Positions 25,901 to 37,900 of a stretch of 64,000 bases of DNA are shown here, one piece after another. Every line of letters starts with the position of its first letter. The first letter of the stretch is position 1. Below the pieces are notes generated by a model. The model had not been told where the DNA came from. It searched no databases and was given only the letters and a program-made list of their open reading frames with translations. Source of the DNA: Antechinus flavipes (Eukaryota). The DNA lies in the NCBI RefSeq assembly GCF_016432865.1, contig NC_067402.1:104470001-104534000 (forward strand), read 5' to 3'. A program made the translations under genes and the position numbers.

Positions 25901-28900
25901 CAAATTCTTTCTATTACATCATGCTGTGTTTCTCAAATGTTAATTATAGGTCCTAGTTTTCAACATTCACTTTTAAAAAAGCTTTTTTCCCCCTTCATTT
26001 TAAAAAATTGATACTGATTTGTTCTTATAACATATTCATGTCAAAATATATCACCCCTATATGCTGAACAATTGCTTAATTGTAAAATAACCTTGGTAGT
26101 TCGTGGAGTAGATGGAATACAAGTGAGAGCACTCTTTTTTTTTTTTTTTTTTTGTAATGCCTAACATTGCCTAATTATGTAAAGTAATAAAAATATTCTT
26201 CCTTAATGACTGTGGGTAAATCACTTTATTTTCTTAGGTCTCAGTTTCTTAATTTGTAAAGTAAAAGGATTTTTTTTTCTTTAGTTGTTGATGAGGAAAA
26301 CAAAATTATTTTGCTCTGGGATATAGAAAATGGTGTCAGGGAAATCTCATTTTGAAAGGCAAGGACCAATTTATGTGGAGAAATGTTGCACTCTTGTGGT
26401 CATTTTGGGATATTTCAGCTAGTGACTATATTTGGCTCTGTTCTATTTTAGATATAGATTTTTCAACTAATGACACAAATTTAAGAAAATTATGAGTAAT
26501 TCAGGATTATTGTGGGTAGGACAGATAATAGAATTTAATTTATGATAAATTTAAACTTACCTTATGATAAATTATTTCTAAGCTTTGGATGAGTAACTTT
26601 GCATTATCTTTTTTTAATGTAATTGGTTATTCATAGTAACTCAATTTAATAAATGTTCTTTTCTAGTTCTTGGATATGAGTAGGCTTCAGCAGATGATCA
26701 GCCAAAATTTATATAAAAGAAGTATATAAAAAGCAACATTAAAGGGGAATGTTATATGACCTGGAAAGAAAGGAGTCTGAACATGGAGCAAGCAAGTTGG
26801 GCCAATATGATAGTAGAGAACTAATAAGGCTTTTGTATGTATGTATGGCTGGAACCAGTCAGTCAACTAGCATTTATTAGCATCAGACACTGCTGTATTT
26901 TTAGAGAAAAAGGCAAAAATAGTAATTAAAATTTTTAATTTAAATTGGGAAGACAACATTGCAAATGATCATGTGTATGAGATAAACTGGAGATAATTCT
27001 TAAGGAAGACAGCAAGGGGGAATGAGAAGGGATATAATAAGCCTATAATAGGATAAAAGGGATTTTATCTGGAACTTGCAGGGGGTCATGGCAGCAAAGA
27101 AGCAGAAATAAGTAGGGAGTGGCTTCCAGGCCTAGGGAACAGCCAGTGGAAAGGCATCAAGTTGGAGATGGAATGTCACATATGAAGAACAGTTAGGAGG
27201 TCAGTGTCACTAGATCACAGAGTATATGGAGGGGAACAAAATGTAAGAAGACTGGAAAGTTTTAGGAAGATCACTTTGCTAGGCAGAGAAGAATGGATTA
27301 GAGTAAGGAAAGATTTTAGGTAAGGAGATCAACCAAGGGCTATTGTAATAGTTTAGACAGGAGGTGATGATGGCCTATATTGGGGGCAGTATCAGTGTCA
27401 GAAAAAGAGAGATGTTGCAAAGGCAGAATGAATATGATTGGATCTGAGAAATAAGAGTGTGAGAAATCAAGATGACAACTAGGTTATGAGTCTAGGTAAC
27501 TGGAGAAATATCACTACTCTCAATAATACAGTTATTCCTTCCACATCTCGACTTTCCCCATTGCAGTTTCAATATATTAAATGGGAGTTTGGGGGGAATT
27601 CGACATGCAAAGGCCAGCAGACAACACAGAAAGAGTTTAGAAACTCAGAAATGCATAAAAATGTAAAGTATTGTATAATATCAATACCCCATTTTAAAAA
27701 AAAGAAAACAAATCAGATTTTTTTTTCCCTCTGGTACAAAGGGAAGGCCCCAAAAGTTCACATGGATTTTCCAAATTGGGAGGCACTTTTCCTTAATATG
27801 GAAAAGATAATTGTAATAATGCATTTAGAAAGAGGCAAGAATTTGTGGAGAAGGGTTTTGAATGGATGAGTTTTAAACATATTGAGTTTAAAATTTCTGT
27901 GAGATATCTTAAAGTTAGAGGTTATGGGAAGTGAAAGTTTAGTAATAAGATCAGAGANNNNNNNNNNNNNNNNNNNNNNNNNNNNNNNNNNNNNNNNNNN
28001 NNNNNNNNNNNNNNNNNNNNNNNNNNNNNNNNNNNNNNNNNNNNNNNNNNNNNNNNNNNNNNNNNNNNNNNNNNNNNNNNNNNNNNNNNNNNGATGTTAA
28101 TTGAATTTGTGGGAGCTGATGAGATGACCAAGACATCTGAGGTATAGAGAATAGAAAATGATTTATTTAAAGTCATATAACTAGTAAGCAGCAGAACAAG
28201 GATTTGAATCCAGTTTATCTGACTCAACCAAAATTAGAAGCTTTGACTTAGCATGTTAGACAACTGTGCTCTATCACTAGGGACTCACAGAGCACCCAGA
28301 TTAAAATAGAATAAGGAAAGATTTAATAACATAAAATAGAAAAAATGATGATATAAATATATGGTTTTCTAACTCATTACACAACTTTGCAGGGATTCTT
28401 ATGTATGGTTTGGGTAAATCCTGTTTTTAATTCTAATTTGACATCATTGATCTAGGGTATTGAAATTCAGAGCAAGAAAAAAAATTAAACGCTTACTTCT
28501 TCAGAGACAATTTAGTTAGCAAGAATAGTTATTTAAAATGGTAACCTATGTTGTTACATTGTGCATTATGAATAACACCCATCTGTGAAGTATTATAATG
28601 TATCCCCTCTATTCAACAACATTTATCTTAATTACTTTATGTATTGTTTTTACATCATAGGTTACAAAGTTGATTCAAAGATGGGTTTCATGATACACTT
28701 ATCTCTTCCATATCACAGGATTTAGAGGCACAGCACCCCCACGATCTGGAAAATCAATGATGTAAAAAGTTTTGGCCCTCCCTTCCTACCAGAGAAGTCT
28801 ATATTATTATGATTTTAAAAGATAAAATATGTTGATATTATACAGTATCATCCATATAGTTTATGTATTTCTGAGTTTCTAAACTTTTTCTTTGACGTCT

Positions 28901-31900
28901 GCTGGAATTGGCGTGTTGCTTGCAGCTTCCTTTATCCAAATATCCATTAAATTTCTGATTCTGGCCTATTTCACAGGCCACGAAACAATGATGGGGAACG
29001 TCATTATGTGGAAGGGATACCTGTGCTTTCACTGGGTGTAAAAATTGTTAATTAAGATTCTGCTTTGACTCTAAATCTAGTTCTCTTTCCATTATATTAG
29101 TGAATAATCAAACTCTTCCTTTGATACTTCTTAATTAACAGAAATAGGGAATTTTAATGATTCCCCCCTCCCCCCCCTTCTAATACAGACAGACTAGTGC
29201 AAATTTTTCCTGAAGCTATTTCATTTCCTTTTTAAAAAATGTAATAAGAAATACATTTCTTATTACAAGGAAATAGAAGGAAAAGGAACAGATTTTAGCG
29301 GGGAAGTTTCCAAACCCTGACATTTGTTCCTTGTTCACTGCTTTTTCAGGCTTGGGATCTCTTTTGCGTATTACGGGGTCATTCTGGCCAGTGCGGAGTT
29401 ACTGGAACGAGACTTAGTTTGTGGCTCCCAAACGGAGACGCAGATGGTGCTGAATGGGGATTCGGAAGAGAGCAAGAGCCCTTGTCATTGTCACCTGTTT
29501 GCTCCCTCCGACTACAAGACCATGATCATCAGTACCCTGGGAGAGATTGCTCGTAAGGAGTTTTCGTCTTGGGAGATTGCTTTGTTTAACATGCGAACGT
29601 AGTAACATCAGCATCTAAAGTTCCCAATATGAGGCGAGTAGCAAGGGGTAGTGATCCAGCCCACCGGAGCTGATCCATCCTTTTGGGTATGGTCAACTGT
29701 ATTACTGATAGAGAACTCTGTGTAGTGGATGCTGGGTCAGGGAGGAAGATGTAAGTTTGAATCCTATTCCCAACACAAACTGTAACACCCCTAGGGATCT
29801 TAGTTTCTTCTTTAAAATAGGGGATTAGACTCAAGTGATCTCTAAGCTCCGTTAAAGCTCTAAATCTATGTCTATATGATTTTTGTTGGCGATTATTTGA
29901 TCCACAAGTTGGAGGTACAGTGAAGGAATCTCTTGGGATGGAGAAGAAAGCAATTGGACCTAGATTGATCTTTGATAGCCTGAATTAAAAACAAACAGGA
30001 ATTTATTTCCAACTGTTTATCAGGGATTATCCTCAATAGTTCCTAAACTCTATTTGGGGGGTGAACTGTAGCTAATCATATATTAGCAAAATCTGAATTT
30101 GAAAGGTTTTCGTGTACTGTCAAATGAAGAATTCAGCAAAATTGCTAGTCTTGGGAGATCCAACTTGGAAGGCACACAGTCATGGATATCTCATCTTTCT
30201 TCTTTTTTTCTCCTTCTCATCTTTTTTTCTTCTGATGCTGCTCCTTCTCTCCTCTTTTTTCTTTTCTCTTCCCCTTTGTCTCTCCCTCCATCTTCCTCTC
30301 CCTTTATTTCCCCCTTTTCTCTCTTCTTACCATCTTCTTTTTTCCTTTTCTCTCCTCCTTCCCCCTCTCTCTCCTCTTTCCCCCTTTTCTCCCCCATTTC
30401 TCCCTTTTTTCCCCTTTTCTTTCCACCTTTCTCCCTCACTTTTCTTCCCCCTTCCTCCTGATTTTTCTCTTCTCTCCCTTTCCATCGCTTCATCCCCCCA
30501 ACCCCATCTCTACCTAAAATAGAGCATCAGGACTTTCTTCAGATGCTAGTAATCAGTACTACTACTACTATTACTACTACTACTACTACAATGAGGTAGC
30601 TGGCTCCTGGGTGTTTGTGACAGAATGTATTGTGAGCAGTTTGAGTGGGTAGAAGATAGAGAATATGTCAAATCAAGAGAAAAGGACAAGTTAGCTAATT
30701 GGGAGTGCCTGCAAATAGCAGGATTGTGAATTGGTGCACTGTCAAGGTGCTGTCAGTCTATGTATTGGGGGGAGGGTTTGGGGGTCACAGATGAGCTAAC
30801 TGAAGCAAGAATTGGTGTAATCACTTTCTCAAGGTAAAAATGACAGAGAAGGTTTGAACAAAGGTCTTTCAGAACCAGCTCTTTATTCCACACCATGTAA
30901 ACTTCTTAAGCAAAAGAAGGTAAATTCTAGGGCACGGGAGCTGCCCTTTCCTGAGGGTGAATTGAGAAATAAAGTAAAGGACCCAGCAAGTCACTTAACC
31001 TCTATTTGCATAGGAGGCAGCTAGATGACTCAGGAGTTAGAGAGCTGAGTTTGGAAGATCAAAGACTTCAAGTGGGCAAGAGATCATCAGGCATTAATAA
31101 GTAAAAATTGCCACCACAGTCCTTCTCCTTCCTTCTCAGTATTTTGCTCCAGTTTTCTGGAGATCAGGGGCACTGCTTCTTATTTTTCTTCCCCCTCCCC
31201 CCTTTTTTAAACCACTTTTTCCTTTCCTTATCCTCTAGCTTCAAGTGGTCCCTTCTACTCTAGCTTATAATTTTCTCCTATTCTTCCCAAATTTCTGCCA
31301 GAAATGATTTGTAACATTCAAGGGTGGTCAGGAAACAGCGGTTTGGAAACATCCTTTGAGCCAGGGAAATGTCAGAGACTTTCTGCAACTATGGGAATTT
31401 AGTGCCTAAAAAACTGATGACTAGGAGAGATGAATATTCGTGTAATTTGTTTGTTTTTATTGGGCAGAGAAAATGCCAGGATTAATTATTTTATCATTAT
31501 AAGAAGTTCTTGGTGTGGAAATTCCATGTATTATTTCTTTTTCAATCAACAAGATAATAGTAACAACAACAACAACAATAGTATTTATATACTGCTTTAA
31601 GGTTTGCAAAGTGCTTTCTAAATGTTATCTTATTTTATCTCATTTAGGAACAACAATTCTGGGATGTAGGTGCTATTATTATTCACATTTTCTAAATGAG
31701 AAAATGGAAGTAGACAGAAGTTAAGTGACTTGCCTAGATAATTAGTAAATATCTGAGGTAAAATTTGAATTTAGTCCTCTTGAGTCTAAGTCTAGTGCTC
31801 TAGCCAGTATAATCTAGATGCCTGAGGTGGGATAAAAAAAAAAAATACATGTTAACAGACATCCTACCAGGCACTGGGAATAACAATATAAAAGAGAGTT

Positions 31901-34900
31901 CTTACTCTAATAAATGTTAGAATTCTATTTTTTGGTGAGCCAATGACAAATGAATACATTTCGATTTCCTCAAAAAATGTTTTTCTCCCAGGATCTGCAA
32001 AAGGAATTTACATTCTACTAATTTCCTCAACTATTGCAGATGGTCAATTCAACAGCAATTTAGATTGAGGGTTTCTTCCTGGAGCTTTGAAATTGGGTAA
32101 TTTCCCCTTAACCATTCAGAAACTGTAGCAATCCCAGTGGCTCCTAGGATAATCCTTTGATCTGGGGAGAAACAATATAGAAACATTACTCTCTGATTGA
32201 AAGTGATTGTCTCCCCTCCTGTGAAGGGACTTAGACTAAGGAATCTGAACTATGATCTAATATATCTATCCAACAGATCTTTATGTTCTCACAAAAATAA
32301 AGGACTGCCAGGAAATTTGCTTACAAAGAAGAACCAAAGAGACAGCATTCAAGAAGTTTGAACCAAGTTGCTTCCATTTGAAACAGGCACGAAATGGTTA
32401 ATGTCGATGTCTGAATGTGCTAACTGCTTTTTAAGATGTCAAGGATTGGTTGTTATTTCTTCTCTTCTAGTAAATCCTTTAAATATCCTGGGCATTAACT
32501 TTTTGGGAAGACGGATCAGCCTTTCTATCACCATGGGATGTACAGCTTTGTTCTTTCTGCTGCTCAATATTTGTACTTCAAGGTATCTTCCTTTTGGGTG
32601 CGCCAAAATAGTTGGTTTTGCAATAGTGAACTTTTTTTGTTAATGCTAGGGAGCTCCCCACTGTCTACTCATGCAGATCAACAACTGTTTTGGAATACAA
32701 AGAAAGGCAAAAGAAACACAGTCCTGTCTTCAGAGAACTCATATTCTAATAAGAGAAACAAGGAAAAAAATTATCCATAAAAAAACCATATACATACATA
32801 TAATTGGAAGTAATTTCCATTAAAAAATTTTTATTTACTTAATATTTTCTCCAGTTACATTTAAAACATTTTTTTACATTAAAAAAAAAAAAACTTTTGT
32901 GTTGTAGATTCTCGCCTTTATTCCATTTAAGAAATTCCCAGCCCCCACTTAAGAAATTACATGTGAACTTATGTAAAACATTTCCATAAGTTATGTTGTG
33001 AAAGAAAACAAATCCCCCATCCTAATTAAACAACAGCAACAACAAAACTCTAAAAAAAAAAAAAAGTGTGTGAGTGTACATGTGTACACACAGAGAATGA
33101 AGATATTCTTCAGTCTATATTCAGACACAACAATTTCTTCTCTGAGTATGGATAGGATTTTTCATTTTAAGTCCTTCAGAATAGTCATGGATCATTGTAT
33201 TGTTGAGAATAGAAAAGTCATTTATAGCTGGTCACGCCAGAACATTGTGATTACTTTATATAGCGTACATTTTATTTTACTTAAGTTAATGGAGGACTTT
33301 TCAGGTTTTGTTTTTTTTTTTTTTTTCTGAGAGCATCCTGCTCATCATTTCCCATGAACAATAACATTTCATGAAAAAAAAAATCACATCAAAGGAACTT
33401 TTTTTTTTTTAATACACTGTATGGGGATGGAAGATGGGGACCCATAAATGTTTGTGGAGAATATGGCATTTGAGCTGAGTCTTGAAGGAAGTCAGGAAAC
33501 TAGGAGGTGGAGAAGAGGAAGACAGACATTCCAGACAGCCAGTGAAAAGACATGGAGGTGGGAGATGTTGCTGATTCATAGAAGAAGGGGAATAGTCTTA
33601 GACTTCTTAATCTTTCAGGATGGAAAATGGAGGAACAGGAGAGGGAAAGACTTTAAAAACCAATGGGGAGCAGCTAGATGGCTAGTAGTAGATAGAGCAC
33701 CAGCCCTCAAGTCAGGAGGACCCAAGTTCAAATGTGACCTCAGACACTTAACACTTCCTAGCTGTGTGACCCTGGGCAAGTCACTTAACCCCAATTGCCT
33801 CAAGAAACAAAAAAACAAAAAAGCCTCCAACAATAGACTTTCCATTTGATCTGAGGTAATAGGGAATCACTGGAATTTATTAAATGGGGGTAAGAGGGTG
33901 AGATAACATGACAAAACCTGTGGTTTTTGAAAAATCATATTAGCAGATGAACAAAGGATGGATTGGAGTAAGAGGAGACTTAAGGTAGAGATTGAGTGCA
34001 AGGCTTTTGCAAGATTCTGGTGGTTCTCAGGTGATGCGTGTCTTTATCAGGATGATGGTGATATGAGTCTTAAAACAATCTCTTAAAAATAGAGATTTAA
34101 ACATCACATGCAAGTTCTCCAGAGCATCTTATGGCTGGTCAAAAATGCCACTTAAGATTATACTTATGTGAAAATTATGAACTGTTTGGTCCATAGAAGG
34201 GAGAGGAGAAAGGAGTCTTGTTTGTTCTAAACAGTGATTCTTTCCTCCATGTGCTGTCCCAGTTTCTCTTTATCCAACTGGAATTTTCCCTCTAAGGTTG
34301 AAGGGGGAATGTCCAAGAAGTGTGTTAAAGTTGATGCTAAAACAGCGTTACCTTCATATTTAGGGGGAAGAATACATGACCCTCATAGGAGAGATTACCT
34401 TAAATCTATCCGCAAATTAAATTTTCGGTCAGAGTTTGATTATTATAAAGTCACATGAGAATGGATGATTTTGGTGTCCTGTTGGAACAAGATAACTGGG
34501 AACTGCAAAATCCTAGGTTAAGTCCTACCCCCAACAAATGTGAGTTAAATGACTTTGGGCAATCACTTTACTTCTTCCTGCTCTAAGCAATTCCATAAGA
34601 CTTGCAAAGAAGGTGAAATTCTGCTGTTGATAAAATGATGTTGTTTCACATGTTTTTCTTAAGCCAGTGAAACCCCAGGTCTTCTCCCTATCCCTCTATG
34701 TGGCCCAGAGAGTTCATTTTGAAGAGTCTTGTTCTGGTCAGTAGCACAATTTTAATTTTTAAAAACTTCTATGAAACTATGCAGAATTGCAGTGTTAGTG
34801 GGTACATAAATTTCATCTCCCTATTCTTAGGCTAGAGTGGAAAGCTTAAGAATAAGAAGGGTCTGTGCATACCCTTTGATCCAGCAGTGAAGATACTACT

Positions 34901-37900
34901 AAATCTGTATCCCAAAAAGATCTTAAAAGGACGGAAAGGGACCCACATATGGAAAAGTGTTTGTGGCAGAAACTGGAAATTGAGTGGATGCCCATCAGTT
35001 GGAGAATGACTGCATATGAATATTATGGAATATTATTGTTCTGTAAGAAACAATCAGCAGGATGTTTTCAGAGAGTCCTAGAGAGACTTCCATGAACTGA
35101 TGCTAAGTAAAATAAGTAGAACCAGGACATCATTATACATGGCAACAAGACTATACGATAATCAATTCTGATAGAATTGGCTCTTCTCAGTAATCCAATG
35201 ATCCAAGACAATTCCAGTTAGATTTGGGGTGGAAAATGCTACTGGCATCCAGAGAGAGAACTATGGAGACTGAATGTGGATTGAAATACACTATTTTCAC
35301 CTTTTTGTTTTGCTTTATTTTTCTTTCTTGGGATTTTTCCATTTTGTTCTAATTTTTCTTTCCCAACATGACTCATGTGGATTTATATGTTAAAAATGAT
35401 TATATATGTATAACCTACATCAGATTGCTTGCAATCTTGGGGAAGGAGGAGGTAAGGAAGAGAAGGAGGAAAAAAAATTGAAACTCAAAATCCTGTGAAA
35501 ATAAATGTTGAAAGAGAACTGTTTGGTTCTATACACACATACTATATCTAAGATATACTATAACATATTTGATATATATAAAACTACCTGCCATCTAGGG
35601 GAGAGGGTGGAGAGAGGGAAGGGAAAAGTCGGAACAGAAGTGAGTGCAAGGGATAATGTTATAAAAAATTATCCCTGCATATGGACTGTCAATAAAAAGT
35701 TATAATAAAAAAAATTCTAAAAATTTTCAAAAAGAAAATAAATGTTGAAAACCATCATTACATGCAACTGGAAAAATAACATACTATTAAAATAATATTT
35801 TAAAAAAAGAATAGGAAGGGCAAGGGTCCTCATTGACAGATGGAGGGGTCTTGTCCCAAAGTCCTGTTTTGGAGGGCCTAACAACAAAAGGGCCAGTGGA
35901 GCCATTATATTTCTCTTCTGGCTGGAGTGATAATGCATCTACTTATTTTTGTTGATTTAAAAACAACACCAAATAACAACAACAAAAAACCCTGCCACGT
36001 TGAAATGGATGTTGATCCTATAAATATTTCCTTATTGGTGACACTAAGCTAATAATGATTTTTATCCTTTCCCCTTTATTCTCTCTTTTCTAGTACAGGC
36101 CTGATTGGCTTCCTCTTCATGCTGAGGGCTCTGGTGTCAGCAAATTTCAATACCATCTATATCTATACCGCTGAGGTTGGTCTTTCTCAGGGCTCTGATG
36201 GATAGTATGATTGAAACTGCTTTTGATAAATCATTTAAAATGTGTGCCCATCCACTGGCAACTTTTCCTCACCCTCTACTAAGGGGTTTCTTTTAAGATT
36301 TAAAAGCTTTCATGACTTTCTAAATACATCCCTCTGAAATAATACCCAGCAGGGATTTCCAACTTTGTATTGTTATTGGGAAAGGACATTTTTTGGCCCT
36401 CATTCATTTTCAGAAATCCAACTCTTGCAAGTGTCTTCTCTTATTCACGGATTTGAGGAGGATGGGAGAATACCAGCCAAACTCAAGACATGGAAATCTC
36501 CCTGTTTTTGTGCACTGTGGGTTCCTCTGGATTCTTGCAAGTGTCCTCTTGTATCCTGAGATTTTTTTTTTGAGGAGGTTGGGAGAATATCAGCCAAGCT
36601 CAAAACATGGGGGGGGGGGGATCTTCACTTTTTTGTGTGCCATAGGTTCCTTTGGCAGACTGGTGAAATCTGATGGACTCCTCAGAATAGTATTTTTTAA
36701 TGAATGAAATAATATACATAAGATTCTAAAGGAAACAAATTATGCTCGAAATACTCTTATCAAAATTGTTATTTATTATTTAAATCAATTTTTGGGGAAG
36801 CTAGGGGGCACAGTGGAGAGAGCATCAGCCCTGGAGTCTGGAGAAACTGAATTCAATTTGACCTCAGACACTAGATATTTACTAACTGTATGACCCTGGG
36901 GCAATTCCCTTAACTCCAGTTGCCTCATATTACCCCGCCCCGCCCCCCCCCCAAAAAAATTAAGGATTTCTGCTTAAGGATAAAGGATTTATATATGTAT
37001 ATAAATATAATTTTAACATCTGTTAAAAGTAAGAATATAAAAGAAATCCTTGACATAATTAGTTTACTCTCAAAATTGTCTAGTTTGGGATATTACCTTT
37101 AAAAATAGAGTTTATTCAAGGCAACATTTAGAAATTTGGTAATCAGATTTTCTTTGTAATGTTTTCACTTTTTGTGACAAGTTGGGCCACAATTTGGCAT
37201 CTTTCCATTTTCTGCACATTAATGAGAAACAGGCAAAAACTTGAGCAAAGGAAATTGCCAATGAACTGTGAAAACAAAGGAAAAGGGGCTTTGGGGATTT
37301 AGGGTTCTCCCCAGAGGCAAGTTGACGCAGAGAGTGAGTGATGGTAGGGGCTATTGTAACTGTCACTCTTCAGTCCTTTGAGAACTAGTCAGGAGGATAG
37401 GAAGCAGTCAACTAGCTTCTAGAAAAGTCATGAAGTTGCCTCAACTCTACTTTAAAATGTCATATCCCAACTGGATAATTGTAGGAGCAAATTAATTATG
37501 CTGAAGATATCTTTGTTTCTCCTCTCATAGGTATTAGATCAATATTTTTTAGGAAGCTGAAAAGATGAGTAATGTGTACATCTTGATTTCCCTCAAACTT
37601 ATGGTTTTTTTTTTCTTTGTGGTTATAAAATGCCTGGAAATTTTATGTCTTTAAAATTATGTTTTTTTTCTTTGTGGTTATAAAATGTCTGGAAATTTTA
37701 TGTCTTTAAAATTGAGGGGGAGGGGGGCAGCTAGGTATTGCAGTAGACAGAGCAATTGGCCCTAGAAGAACCTGAGATAGTTACTAGCTGTGTGACTCTG
37801 AAAAAGTCATATAACCCTGATTGCCTCCTCCCCAAAATATAATAAAATTTAAAAACTCAATATTTAAATTAAAAAAAACAAAAATAATTAATTTAATAAA

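Noticed and set aside
27486-27869. 127-aa ORF
   Set aside because: It lies in degraded L2 and unique intron sequence, with no recognisable domain.
27922-28227. ORFs containing long X runs
   Set aside because: They are open only because they cross the N gap.
30099-30522. Three 100-136 aa ORFs on both strands
   Set aside because: They are stop-free only because of the CT-rich low-complexity tract; the F/S/P/L and K/E/G/R compositions are artefacts.
33448-33849. 133-aa ORF
   Set aside because: It is a chance frame across an L2 remnant and a SINE, with no splice or protein-family support.
36091-36099. Second AG five bases into exon I (tagtacag)
   Set aside because: Its use would shift the frame; only the proximal AG restores the conserved protein.
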